Source of the DNA: an uncultured Thermoleophilia bacterium
GTDB taxonomy: Bacteria; Actinomycetota; Thermoleophilia; UBA2241
Direction of reading: 5' to 3'
NCBI GenBank assembly: GCA_963739595.1
Contig: CAVUBA010000031.1
Span: 7,375-71,374, forward strand
DNA length: 64,000 nucleotides
Below, one piece after another: positions 10,952-20,575 of the stretch. A program made the position numbers and the translations under genes. The number at the start of each line of letters is the position of its first letter. Positions within the stretch are counted from its first letter, which is position 1. Under the pieces are notes generated by a model. The model had not been told where the DNA came from and ran no database searches. It saw only the letters and a program-made list of their open reading frames with translations.

Positions 10952-12400
10952 TCAGACCCAGCCTTTCGCCTGGAACAGCGGCACCAGGAAGTAGATGAGG
11001 AAGCCGACGGAGGCGATCCACAGCATCCAGCTGATCTCCCTGGCTTTGCCCTGCGTGATGCGGATGAGCGTGTAGGAGAGGAAGCCCGCGCCGATGCCGT
11101 TCGTGATGCTGTACGTGAGCGGCATGATCGTCATCGTGAGCACGGCGGGGAGGCCGAAGGCGATGTCGCCGAAGTTGATCGCGGCGATGGCCTTCTTCAC
11201 GAGGCCCTTGCCCTCTTCGTCCTCGGCCATCGCCTCGCCGGCGGTCAGTGTGGCCATCATCAGATAGCCGACGATGATCAGCGCCGGAGCAGTGGCGTTG
11301 GCCGGCACGATGCCGGCGATCGGCGAGAAGAACATCGCCAGCAGGAACAGCACGCCGACCACGATCCCGACCATCCCGGTGCGCCCGCCCTGGGCGACGC
11401 CGGCGCCGGACTCGATGTAGGTGGTCGCAGACGAGGCCGAGGCCGCGCCGCCGGCCACGGCCGCGAGAGAGTCGATGAGCAGCAGGCGGTTGAGCTTCTT
11501 GAGGTGGCCCTTGTCGTCCAGGTAGCCGGCCTGCTCGCCGACGCCGACCAGCGTGCCCATGGTGTCGAAGAAGTCCGACAGCATGAGGCTGAAGATCCAG
11601 AGGATCGCGGCGGTGACGCCGAGCTTGCTGAAGGCGCCGAAGTTGAACTGGCCGAGGAGGCTGAAGTCGGGAGTCGCCACGATCTTGCTGGGGATCACGG
11701 CGATGCCCTGGGCGAACGACGTCTTGTCGTAGGCGTAGTTGAGGATCGTCGCGAAGATGGTCGAGAAGATGATCCCGAGGATGATGGCCCCGCGCCAGCC
11801 GCGCGTGAGCATGATGATGGTGATCGTGAGGCCGAAGATGGTGACGAGGACCGGCACGCCGACGAAGTTGCCGAGCGTGACGGGCGTGCCGCTGCCGGGC
11901 ACGACGATGCCGCCGTCGACGAGGCCGATGAACAGGATGAAGAAGCCGATGCCGACGACGATCGCCTTCTTCAGCTCCAGCGGGATGGCCTTGAAGATGG
12001 CCTCGCGGAAGCCGGTGAGGACGAGGATGGTGATGGCGACGCCTTCGAGGAAGATGAGGCCCATCGCCTGCGGGAAGGTCAGGCCCTGCCCCAGGACCAG
12101 ACTGAAGGCCACGACTGCGTTGAGCCCCATGCCGGGAGCGATGGCGTAGGCGCGGTTGGTCACCGCGCCCATGAGGATGGTCATCACGCCTGCGACGAGG
12201 CAGGTGGACGTGAGCACGGCTGCGAAGGGCAGGCCCTTGCCGCCGAGCCCGAGGATGCTCGGGTTCACGAAGATGATGTAGGACATGACGATGAACGTCG
12301 TGAGCCCTGCGAGCATGTCGCGCTTCAGGGTGGTGTTCCACTGCTTGAACTTGAAGAACCGCTCCAGCGCGCCGCCCGAGCCGGTTTCTACCACTTCCAT
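10952..12400 (-). CDS. NCS2/AzgA-family nucleobase (adenine/guanine/hypoxanthine) permease
   Basis: FKFKQWNTTLKRDMLAGLTTFIVMSYIIFVNPSIL is an N-terminus typical of the family; polytopic. ATG 12400 sits behind an AAGGAGGA Shine-Dalgarno sequence. Confidence 0.85.
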   Translation of the reverse strand: MEVVETGSGGALERFFKFKQWNTTLKRDMLAGLTTFIVMSYIIFVNPSILGLGGKGLPFAAVLTSTCLVAGVMTILMGAVTNRAYAIAPGMGLNAVVAFSLVLGQGLTFPQAMGLIFLEGVAITILVLTGFREAIFKAIPLELKKAIVVGIGFFILFIGLVDGGIVVPGSGTPVTLGNFVGVPVLVTIFGLTITIIMLTRGWRGAIILGIIFSTIFATILNYAYDKTSFAQGIAVIPSKIVATPDFSLLGQFNFGAFSKLGVTAAILWIFSLMLSDFFDTMGTLVGVGEQAGYLDDKGHLKKLNRLLLIDSLAAVAGGAASASSATTYIESGAGVAQGGRTGMVGIVVGVLFLLAMFFSPIAGIVPANATAPALIIVGYLMMATLTAGEAMAEDEEGKGLVKKAIAAINFGDIAFGLPAVLTMTIMPLTYSITNGIGAGFLSYTLIRITQGKAREISWMLWIASVGFLIYFLVPLFQAKGWV

Positions 12401-12582
12401 TGAGACCTCGTCCTCCTTGTTTCGGGGTCTTGGCGGGGGGATTGACCGCGAGAGCATATCCTACGCGGCCTCTACGAACGCCATCGTTGACAGCGCTTCG
12501 AACGCCGCGCCGTGATTGACGGTCGCGCGGCGGCGTGAGTATCCTCGCCGGGCACCGTCAGGAAAGGATGGGCGCCCCCCTC

Positions 12583-13845
12583 ATGGACGAGATCCCCGGA
12601 TCACTCGCGCTGTCAGAGCTCGACGGCATGAAAGTCTTCGACGCCGCAGGTGTGGAGGTCGGCGAGCTCGGCGACGTGGTCGCCAGCACGGCGCTGGACC
12701 CGCCGGTGATCACCGCCTTCTTCATCGACCGCGACGAAGGCCAGCTCGCCGCGTCGTGGGCCCAGATCGGCGAGATCGACGTGGACGGCGAGCGCCTGCT
12801 GCTCGGCGTGCCGTTCGAGGCGGTCAAGGCTGCCTCGCTGCGCCCGGACGAGCTCTCGCTGGTCGACGCCCTGCTCGACAACCAGGTGCTGGACATGCGC
12901 CGGCGCACGTTCGTCCGCGTCCAGGACGTGGTGCTCGAGCCGGCGGAGGACCACCTTGTGGTCAGCGGCGTCGACGCCAGTTCGGCCGCGCTCGCGCGGC
13001 GCTTCGGCCTCGGCTTCCTCTCGCGCCGCCTGCCGAAGAAGAGCGGCGACTTCGTGCCCTGGAGCGACGTCAACCTCATCGCGCTGCGGCTCTCGCGGCT
13101 CAACTTCGTGGAGGCGTTCGCGGAGCTTGCGGAGCTGCACCCGGCCGACATCGCCGACATCATCGGCCAGGTCGGTCCGCGCGAGCGGGCGGCGGTGCTC
13201 GCCACGCTGAACGCCGGCCTGGCGGCCGACACGCTGCAGGAGATGGACGAGGAGTTGCGCACGGCGGCCCTGCAGGAGATGCCGGTCGAGCGCGCCGCCA
13301 AGGTGCTCGAGCGCATCGAGGCCGACGAAGCGGCGGACATCCTGAGCGAGTTGCCCGATCCGCTGGCCCAGGAACTGCTGGCGCTCCTGCCCGACAAGCG
13401 TGAGCAGGACCTGCGCCGGCTGGCCAGCCACCGCGAGCACACGGCCGGCTCTCTCATGACCACCGACTTCGTCATGCTGCCGCGCAAGGCCACGGCGGGC
13501 AAGGCGCTCGACTGGATCCGGCGGGAGCGCCCGGAGCAGCACATGATGACGTACCTCTACGTCGTCGACTCCGAGGAGCGGCTGGTCGGGGTGGTCAGCC
13601 TGCGCGACCTCGTGCTCGCCGCGCCCGACGACCAGATGAGCGCCTTCATGGAGGACGACCTCGTGCAGGTCACGGCCGACATGGACGAGGAAGAGGTCGG
13701 CCGCGTGATGACCAAGTACGATCTCCTGGCCCTCCCGGTCGTGGACGACGAGCGCCGGCTGCTCGGCATCGTGACGCTGGACGACGCGCTCGAGGCGGTG
13801 GTCCCGGAGGACTGGAAGCAGCGCCTCCCGCGGCTGTACCGCTAG
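12583..13845 (+). CDS. Soluble MgtE-N-domain plus CBS-pair protein (no channel domain)
   Basis: MgtE_N-like region (HPADIADIIGQVGPRERAAVL...ADEAADILSELP) followed by tandem CBS motifs. The protein ends without TM helices. The start is ambiguous (12535 GTG, 12568 ATG, 12583 ATG). Confidence 0.75.
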   Translation: MDEIPGSLALSELDGMKVFDAAGVEVGELGDVVASTALDPPVITAFFIDRDEGQLAASWAQIGEIDVDGERLLLGVPFEAVKAASLRPDELSLVDALLDNQVLDMRRRTFVRVQDVVLEPAEDHLVVSGVDASSAALARRFGLGFLSRRLPKKSGDFVPWSDVNLIALRLSRLNFVEAFAELAELHPADIADIIGQVGPRERAAVLATLNAGLAADTLQEMDEELRTAALQEMPVERAAKVLERIEADEAADILSELPDPLAQELLALLPDKREQDLRRLASHREHTAGSLMTTDFVMLPRKATAGKALDWIRRERPEQHMMTYLYVVDSEERLVGVVSLRDLVLAAPDDQMSAFMEDDLVQVTADMDEEEVGRVMTKYDLLALPVVDDERRLLGIVTLDDALEAVVPEDWKQRLPRLYR

Positions 13846-13899
13846 GCCTCCGGCGTCCGTGCCGCGGGGCCGGCCGCGGCCGCCCGCGGGCCGCCCGGC

Positions 13900-14499
13900 T
13901 CAGACGGGCTGGGTGCCGGCCGGCGCCTTCACGTGCTCCCACGCCACGCTGCGCCGCGGCGCCTCGATGAGCGCGGCGAGGTCGAGGCGAAAGCGCGCCA
14001 CCTCGCCCTTCTCCTGCACCCGCTTGAAGCCGCCGCCCTCGAGCACGTCCGGATTGAACAGATTGAGCTCCCGGAAGTAGCCGCGGAAGGCGTCGTCGCC
14101 GCGCGTGTGGCGCAGGCCGAAGGCCTCGAGCGCCGCGACCTTGCGGTGCTTGAGCGCGGCCTCGATCTCCTGGAGCAGGAAGCGGAAGCCGTGCAGGAAC
14201 TCCTCGTCGTAGAAGTAGGAGCAGGTGAGGAGGTAGGCGTCGGGGGAGGGAGGACCTGCCGGCAGGCAGCGTCCGCGAGGGGTGAGGCGGGAGTGGGCGA
14301 CGTGCATCCAGCCGATCACCGCGTCGCCGTCGACCAGGGCCCGTCCGAAGAAGCCGGCCTCGGCCTCCGCCTCGCGCTGCCACTCGCCGCGAAGGCCCGG
14401 GTCGGCGCCGGCGCCGGGCCGGGTCAGCCACCAGACGCAGGTGGCGCAGCAGGAGGCCAGCAGGTCGCTGCTGGCCGTGGTCAGGTCGATGGCCCTCAC
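13900..14499 (-). CDS. Hypothetical protein, possibly GNAT-like acetyltransferase
   Basis: The GTG start overlaps the upstream stop (GTGA coupling). Coding-type composition is present. The functional guess rests only on weak resemblance and is tentative. Confidence 0.45.
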   Translation of the reverse strand: MRAIDLTTASSDLLASCCATCVWWLTRPGAGADPGLRGEWQREAEAEAGFFGRALVDGDAVIGWMHVAHSRLTPRGRCLPAGPPSPDAYLLTCSYFYDEEFLHGFRFLLQEIEAALKHRKVAALEAFGLRHTRGDDAFRGYFRELNLFNPDVLEGGGFKRVQEKGEVARFRLDLAALIEAPRRSVAWEHVKAPAGTQPV

Positions 14500-14834
14500 G
14501 CGGAGGGGTCGGCGACGTCGTCGATGTGCACCTCGACGCGGGTGATGGGGTTGCCGGTCGTGCGCGTGAGGTACGTGGCGCCAGCGCGAGCCACGGCTTC
14601 GCCGACTGCGGCGAGGTCCGAGCCGGACTCGGCGATGAGGTGGATCTCGAGGACCTGGCCCTCGTCGTCGCCGTCCAGGCGTACCGGTCCGTGCCTCTCC
14701 AGGTGGACCCTCTCGCCGAGACTCTGCAACGGGTTCCGGTAGAGGTCGCAGACCCCCGGCAGCTCCTTCACGGCGTCCCAGACGGCGCTCGTGATGACGT
14801 CCGGCGAGATGCTTGGTCCTTGTCCCTGCTGCAC
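14496..14834 (-). CDS. Asp23/Gls24-family envelope stress protein
   Basis: SISPDVITSAVWDAVKELPGV ... ITRVEVHIDDV is the typical family pattern. GGGAGG lies 8 nt upstream of GTG 14834. Confidence 0.7.
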   Translation of the reverse strand: MQQGQGPSISPDVITSAVWDAVKELPGVCDLYRNPLQSLGERVHLERHGPVRLDGDDEGQVLEIHLIAESGSDLAAVGEAVARAGATYLTRTTGNPITRVEVHIDDVADPSA

Positions 14835-14984
14835 GCTGCGGCCCTCCCTTCGCTGGTGCCGGGAGTATACCGCCGCGAAGCGGGCCCGGTGAGCAGGGGC
14901 GCGTGTTTGCCACTGTGCGGAACGCTCCCCTATACTCCCACGGCGGGGGGCAATGTGACTTCCGCGCGCCACAAAGCTGCCACG

Positions 14985-16433
14985 ATGCCTGAAACCGACC
15001 GCGACATCACGATCTACCGGGCCGACTGGGTCCTCCCGGTGACCGCGCCCGTCCTGCCCGACGGGGGCGTAGCCGTGTCCGGCGGGCGCATCCTGGCCGT
15101 AGGCCCCGCGCCGCGCCTCGTGGCGGACTATCCAGGCGCGGGGTTCTCCGATCTGGGCCGGGCGATCATCATGCCCGGCTTCGTCAACTGCCACAGCCAC
15201 GTCGAGTACACGTCGTTCCGCGGCATCCTCGACGACGCGGAGTTCGGCGACTGGATCATCAGCCTCATCGACGTCAAGGCGTCGCTCACGCCGGCGGAGT
15301 ACCTGCTGAGCGCCCGGCTGGGCGCCATCGAGGCCGTCTCCTCCGGCATCACGACGATCGCGGACACCAGCTACGGCGCCGCGACGCTGGAGGCGGCCGG
15401 AGCCGCCGGCCTGCGCGGCCGCCTCTACCTCGAGGTCTTCGGCGTCGACGACTCGCGCTTCGACGAGACGATGGCGGACGTGGTGCGCCGGCTCGACGAC
15501 GCACAGGCCGCGGCGCCCGAGCAGTTCGACATCGGGCTCGCGCCGCACGCGCCCTACACGGTGTCCAGCCGCCTGTACCAGGCGGTCTGCGACCTGGCGC
15601 GGGAGCGCGGCCTCAAGGTCATGAGCCACGTCGCCGAGAGCCAGGACGAGCTCACCTACATCCGCTCCGGCTCGGGCAAGTTCGCGCACGACTACCGCGA
15701 GAAGATGGGCTGGGAGCGCATGCTGGTCCAGCCCTACGGCGTGACGCCCATCAAGTACCTGCAGCAGTGGAACGTGTTCGACCGCGACTTCCTCGCCGTG
15801 CACTGCGTCAACGTCACGCGCGACGACATCCGCATCCTGCGCAACAAGGGCGTCGCCGTCGCGCACTGCCCCAAGAGCAACGCCAAGCTCGGCTGTGGCG
15901 TCGCGCCGCTCGCCGACCTCATGCACGAGGGCGTCCGCGTCGGTATCGGCACCGACAGCCCCGCGTCGAGCAACATCATGGACATGTTCGACGAGATGCG
16001 GACCATGCTCTTCCTGCACCGCGCCGTGGAACGCGACGTGAGCGTGCTCGACGCGCAGAAGTGCGTGCGCATCGCCACGCTGGGCGGGGCCGAGGCGCTG
16101 GGCATGGAGGCCGAGGTCGGCAGCCTGGAACCGGGCAAGTGCGCCGACCTCATCGCCGTCGACGTCTCGCGCTCGCACTTCGCGCCGATCGCCGACCCGT
16201 ACTCGGCGCTCGTCTACGGCGCCAACCAGGATGACATCACACTCACCGTCGTCGGCGGTCGCGAGCTGTATCGCGACCGCGCCCACGTCGGCGTGGACGC
16301 GGATGCGATCCGCGCCACCGCCGTCGCCGTCCGCGAAAAGCTGCAGGACCGCGTCCGTACCGGCGCGGTCGAAGTCGGCGGCGCCGACTCCGGCTGGTGG
16401 CAGACGCCCGTTCATCGAGAGGAGACCGTCTAA
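14985..16433 (+). CDS. Amidohydrolase-superfamily deaminase (MtaD/SsnA/chlorohydrolase-like)
   Basis: FVNCHSHVEY metal-binding HxH motif, and downstream HVAES, HC and GTDS motifs typical of nucleoside/nucleobase deaminases. Confidence 0.75.
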   Translation: MPETDRDITIYRADWVLPVTAPVLPDGGVAVSGGRILAVGPAPRLVADYPGAGFSDLGRAIIMPGFVNCHSHVEYTSFRGILDDAEFGDWIISLIDVKASLTPAEYLLSARLGAIEAVSSGITTIADTSYGAATLEAAGAAGLRGRLYLEVFGVDDSRFDETMADVVRRLDDAQAAAPEQFDIGLAPHAPYTVSSRLYQAVCDLARERGLKVMSHVAESQDELTYIRSGSGKFAHDYREKMGWERMLVQPYGVTPIKYLQQWNVFDRDFLAVHCVNVTRDDIRILRNKGVAVAHCPKSNAKLGCGVAPLADLMHEGVRVGIGTDSPASSNIMDMFDEMRTMLFLHRAVERDVSVLDAQKCVRIATLGGAEALGMEAEVGSLEPGKCADLIAVDVSRSHFAPIADPYSALVYGANQDDITLTVVGGRELYRDRAHVGVDADAIRATAVAVREKLQDRVRTGAVEVGGADSGWWQTPVHREETV

Positions 16434-17094
16434 GTGCTGCTCGATCGCCGCAGGGTCAAGTTCTGGCAGAAGATCGTTTTCGGGTTCATGGCGTTCCTCA
16501 TGGCCGCCTTCCTCGTCGTCGGGTACTCGGGCGTGCTCAACGGCTGCACCTGGTTCAACAGCGCCCAGCAGGACGTGACCCAGCAGCTCGACCAGCAGGT
16601 CACGAAGTACCAGACCGCCACCACGACGAATCCGACCGACGTGGCCGCCTGGACGAGCCTCGCCGAGGCGTACCTGTCGCGGTCGTCGACGCAGGCGCAG
16701 GGCTCCGCGGCGCTGACGTCGGACCTCACGCAACGCGGCCGCGGCCTACGTCAAGGCCGACAAGCTGCTCGCCAAGCAGAAGGGCGCCGCCATCAAGAAG
16801 CAGCGGCTGGACGTGCTCACCAGCCTCGCCGGCGTCTACAGCCAGATCCGCGACTCCCAGGCTGCGGCGAAGGTCTACGGCGACATCACGGCCCTCACGC
16901 CGAAGAGCGCCGAGGCGTTCTTCAATCTGGGCGCGGCCGCGAGCACCGCCGGCGACACCACCACGGCGATGCTGGCCTTCACCCGCTTCCTCGAGCTCGA
17001 CCCCACGTCGCCGGATGCCGCGGCGGTCAAGGACTGGATCGCCAAGAACACGCCGCAGACGACTCCGACTCCCACTCCATCGCCGACCAAGTAA
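16434..17094 (+). pseudogene. Membrane-anchored TPR-repeat protein; frame disrupted near 16733
   Basis: N-terminal TM helix (IVFGFMAFLMAAFLVVGY). The TPR-like C-terminus (AEAFFNLGAAASTAGDTTTAMLAFTRFLELDP) continues in the +1 frame (ORF 16813-17094). Confidence 0.6.
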
Positions 17095-17103
17095 GGAAAC
17101 GGT

Positions 17104-17454
17104 ATGAGCGACATGTTCAGCGTCTCCAGTGAGCGCCCGGGCGACGACCTCGGTCTGGTCGTCCTCACCGGAGAGGTCGACATCTTCACCGCGCCGCAGT
17201 TCAAGGAGTGCCTCCTCGAACTGCTCGATTCCGGCGTGAAGCGGCTGGTCGTCGACCTCAGCGGGGTGACCTTCATCGACTCCACCGCGCTCGGCGTGCT
17301 CATCGGCGGCGTCCGCCGCGTGCACGGCGCCGGCGGGTCGATGACGATCGTCGTCACCACGCGGCCGGTGGAGCGGGTGCTGAGCGTCACCGGCCTCGAC
17401 CGCGTGTTCTCGATGTACGCCACGCGTGACGAGGCGATCGCGGCGCTCGCCTGA
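17104..17454 (+). CDS. STAS-domain anti-sigma-factor antagonist
   Basis: VVDLSGVTFIDSTALGVLIGG is the SpoIIAA-type motif; 116 aa. Confidence 0.8.
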   Translation: MSDMFSVSSERPGDDLGLVVLTGEVDIFTAPQFKECLLELLDSGVKRLVVDLSGVTFIDSTALGVLIGGVRRVHGAGGSMTIVVTTRPVERVLSVTGLDRVFSMYATRDEAIAALA

Positions 17455-17551
17455 CCGGCCATCCATCAACGTCATCTCGACGGCCAGGTTTGCGGGGTGG
17501 TATTAACTCCCGCAGTCCTGGTCGTTCCTCTCACGTCCCCATGAGGTAGCA

Positions 17552-19867
17552 GTGAAGCTCATCGTCACAGAGAAGGACTCGGCGGCCAAGAAGATCGCCG
17601 AGATCCTCGGCGGCAAGGTCTCCGTCAAGGAGCACGGCCGCGGTCGCCAGAAGGTCAAGTCGTACCACTTCACCTACGAAGGCGACGACGCGGTGGCCGT
17701 CGGACTGCGCGGTCACGTCATGGAGACCGTGTTCCCCAACACGTACAAGCGCTGGAGCCTCAAGTACCTCGGCGACATGATCGAGCGGCCGGACCTCGCC
17801 TGGATCGTCGACGGCGGCGCCGCGGGGACGCTGGCGGCGTTGCGCGCCGTCGCGAAGGGCGCCACCGAGCTCGTGATCGCCACCGACTACGACCGCGAGG
17901 GTGAGCTCATCGGCCACGAGGCCATCCAGATCCTGCGCGGCGACGCCCTCAAGTACAACCCGGGCGACAAGCCCGAGAAGAAGAAGCGCAAGGCCGCCGC
18001 CAAGGACGGCGCCGAGGCGCGCGCCAAGGCGGCGCCGGCGCCCGACCCGACGCCCGGCGACCCGCACGTCAAGGCCATGGTGCCGGCGGCCGTCGCCGAC
18101 CGGCACATCCGCGTCCGCTACTCGGCGCTCACGCCGGAAGAGGTCCAGGCGGCGTTCGCGAAGCCCTCGACCGTCGACTTCAACCTGGCGGAGGCGGCGC
18201 ACTCCCGCCAGGACATCGACCTCATCTGGGGCGCGGTGCTCACGCGCTTCATGTCGCTCGCGTCGTACCGGTACGGCTCCGACTACCTGTCGGTCGGACG
18301 CGTCCAGTCGCCCACCCTGCGGCTCGTGGTCGACCGGGAGCTGGAGCGGCGCGCCTTCGTCCCGGTCCCGTACTGGGAGATCAAGGCGACGCTCGAGCGC
18401 GACGGTGAGCCGTTCGAGGTGGCGCACGCCAAGGGGCGCTTCGACACGGAGCAGGCCATGCAGACGGCTCTCGAGGGCTCCCGCGCGGAGACGGCCGAGG
18501 TCACCGGCTACGAGGCCAAGCCGCGCCAGGACAAGCCGCCGGCGCCGTTCAACACGACGGCGCTCATGAGCGCGTCGTCCGGCGCCGGCATGACGCCGGC
18601 GCGCGCCATGCGCGCCGCCGAGTCGCTCTACCTCGACGGCCTCATCAGCTACCCGCGCACCGACAACACGGTCTACCCGCCGTCGCTCGACCTGCGCGGC
18701 AGCCTGCAGGAGCTCGCGCACTGGCAGCCGGTGGCGGCCACGGCGGCGCGGCTCGCCGGGCAGGACAAGCTCACGCCCAGCCGCGGCAAGAAGCGCACCA
18801 CCGACCACCCGCCGATCTACCCGGTCGGCGTGCCCAAGAAGGAGCTGAGCGGCGACCAGGCCAAGGTCTACGACCTCGTCGCGCGCCGGTTCCTCGCCAC
18901 CCTGCTGCCGGCGGCCGTCATCGAGAGCCAGCGGATGGACCTTCGCCTCGGCACGGAGCCCTACGTGGCGCACGGCAGCCGCGTGGCCTCGCTCGGGTAC
19001 CTCGAGGTCTACGAGAAGTACGCCGCCAAGCGCGACCGGCAGCTGCCGCCGCTCGAGCCGGGCGCCACGCTCAAGGTGCTCGACCTGCGCTCGGAGGCCA
19101 AGGAGACGCAGCCGCCCGGCCGCTACGGACAGGGCAAGCTCATCGAGAAGATGGAGGAGCTCGGGCTGGGCACCAAGGCCACGCGCGCCGACATCATCCA
19201 GCACCTCTACGACCGCAACTACGTGCGCGACAACCCCGTCGAGCCCACCGAGCTCGGCGTGGCCCTCATCGCCGCGTTCGACGCGGCCATGGAGCAGGCG
19301 CCGGTCGACATCACCTCCAGCGCGATGACGGCGACCCTCGAGCGGCAGATGGACCGCATCAGCGAGGGCGAGCTGCGCCGCGACGAGGTCGTCCGCGAGA
19401 GCCAGGACATGCTCGAGGAGGCGTGGAAGCGCCTCGACGGCCACATCGACGACATCCGCGACCGCATCAAGAGCGGCGTGCGCGAGGACCTCACGCTCGG
19501 CGTCTGCAAGAACTGCGGCGGCCAGCTGCGCGTGCTGCGCGGCAAGACCGGCAAGCGCTTCGCCGCCTGCGTCGGCAAGGAGGGCGAGGAGCCCCAGCAG
19601 CCCACCGTCGAGGGCGAGCGCCCGCGGCGCGGCTGCGGCCAGACGTTCCCGCTGCCGCAGCGCGGCACCATCGTGCCCACCGGCAAGATGTGCGCCGAGT
19701 GCGGCTGGCCGGAGATCAAGGTGGTCGGCGGCGGCGGGCGCGGGCGTCCGTGGGTGCTCTGCATCGACATCGACTGCCCGAGCAAAGAGAAGTACCGGGC
19801 AAGAAGAAAGCCGGATGACCGACGTGGCAGGGTCATCGAGCGGGGCGCCGACGGCACCGCTCATTGA
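17552..19867 (+). CDS. topA: Type IA DNA topoisomerase
   Basis: Toprim motif (LVIATDYDREGELIGHE), active-site region (LISYPRTDN) and C-terminal Cys-rich Zn-ribbon repeats. The topA-tmk-holB synteny matches other Actinomycetota. Confidence 0.85.
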   Translation: MKLIVTEKDSAAKKIAEILGGKVSVKEHGRGRQKVKSYHFTYEGDDAVAVGLRGHVMETVFPNTYKRWSLKYLGDMIERPDLAWIVDGGAAGTLAALRAVAKGATELVIATDYDREGELIGHEAIQILRGDALKYNPGDKPEKKKRKAAAKDGAEARAKAAPAPDPTPGDPHVKAMVPAAVADRHIRVRYSALTPEEVQAAFAKPSTVDFNLAEAAHSRQDIDLIWGAVLTRFMSLASYRYGSDYLSVGRVQSPTLRLVVDRELERRAFVPVPYWEIKATLERDGEPFEVAHAKGRFDTEQAMQTALEGSRAETAEVTGYEAKPRQDKPPAPFNTTALMSASSGAGMTPARAMRAAESLYLDGLISYPRTDNTVYPPSLDLRGSLQELAHWQPVAATAARLAGQDKLTPSRGKKRTTDHPPIYPVGVPKKELSGDQAKVYDLVARRFLATLLPAAVIESQRMDLRLGTEPYVAHGSRVASLGYLEVYEKYAAKRDRQLPPLEPGATLKVLDLRSEAKETQPPGRYGQGKLIEKMEELGLGTKATRADIIQHLYDRNYVRDNPVEPTELGVALIAAFDAAMEQAPVDITSSAMTATLERQMDRISEGELRRDEVVRESQDMLEEAWKRLDGHIDDIRDRIKSGVREDLTLGVCKNCGGQLRVLRGKTGKRFAACVGKEGEEPQQPTVEGERPRRGCGQTFPLPQRGTIVPTGKMCAECGWPEIKVVGGGGRGRPWVLCIDIDCPSKEKYRARRKPDDRRGRVIERGADGTAH

Positions 19868-19889
19868 GCGCGGCGCACGGGGGAGAGGC

Positions 19890-20564
19890 ATGCGCGAGCG
19901 CGGAGGCGTCCTCATCAGCCTCGAGGGCTGCGACGGGTGCGGCAAGAGCACCCAGGCGGCACTGCTCTGCGAGCGCCTGGCCGCCTGCGGCCTGCCGGTA
20001 GGGCCGGCGACCGCGCCGGGCTCGGTCATCCGCGAGCCCGGGGCCACGCCGGCCGGCGAGGCCATCCGCAGCGTCCTGCTCCACGGCCCGTCGTCGCTGG
20101 CGCCGTGGACCGAGACGCTGCTCTATGCGGCCGCGCGCGCCGAGCTCGTCGAGACGGTGCTGCTGCCCGAGCTCGAGGCCGGCCGCGTGCTCGTCCTCGA
20201 CCGCTTCGTCGACTCCTCGCTCGCCTACCAGGGCTTCGCCCGCAAGCTCGGCGTCGACGAGGTGCTCGCCGTCAACGAGCCGGCGCTGCACGGCGTGCTG
20301 CCCGACGTCACGCTGGTGCTCGACGTCGATCCCGTCGTGGGGCTGGCGCGGTCCGGCGCCGGCGACGGCAGCGCCGACCGCATCGAGGCGGAGGGCCTCG
20401 AGTTCCAGCAGCGCGTGGCGGCCGGCTTCGCCGCGCTCGCGCGCCGCTTCCCCGAGCGCGTCCGCCTCATCGACGGCTTCCGCGACGTCGAGCTCGTCGC
20501 CGCCGACGTGGAGGCCGCCGCGCTGGAGGCCGTCGCCGACGCCGGCCTGCGGCTCGGCGACTGA
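19890..20564 (+). CDS. tmk: dTMP (thymidylate) kinase
   Basis: P-loop LEGCDGCGKST and DRFVDSSLAYQG motif. ATG 19890 sits behind a GGGGGAGAGG ribosome-binding site. Confidence 0.85.
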   Translation: MRERGGVLISLEGCDGCGKSTQAALLCERLAACGLPVGPATAPGSVIREPGATPAGEAIRSVLLHGPSSLAPWTETLLYAAARAELVETVLLPELEAGRVLVLDRFVDSSLAYQGFARKLGVDEVLAVNEPALHGVLPDVTLVLDVDPVVGLARSGAGDGSADRIEAEGLEFQQRVAAGFAALARRFPERVRLIDGFRDVELVAADVEAAALEAVADAGLRLGD

Positions 20565-20575
20565 GGGGCACGCCC

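Noticed and set aside
12401-12582. Purine riboswitch upstream of the NCS2 nucleobase permease
   Set aside because: The leader lacks the conserved purine-riboswitch junction sequences (the TATAAT-like J1/2 and the CTACC/GACTAT elements) and is only about 100 nt of GC-rich sequence shared with a divergent promoter.
772-20065. Other long antisense or alternative-frame ORFs in the track (e.g. 772-2664 -, 6429-8117 -, 7891-9687 -, 14496-16733 - apart from its Asp23 tail, 17531-20065 -, 1992-3341 +, 4813-6147 +)
   Set aside because: The reasoning is the same. Each overlaps a gene with clear family motifs on the other strand or frame and shows the biased RPAG composition of GC-rich non-coding frames.
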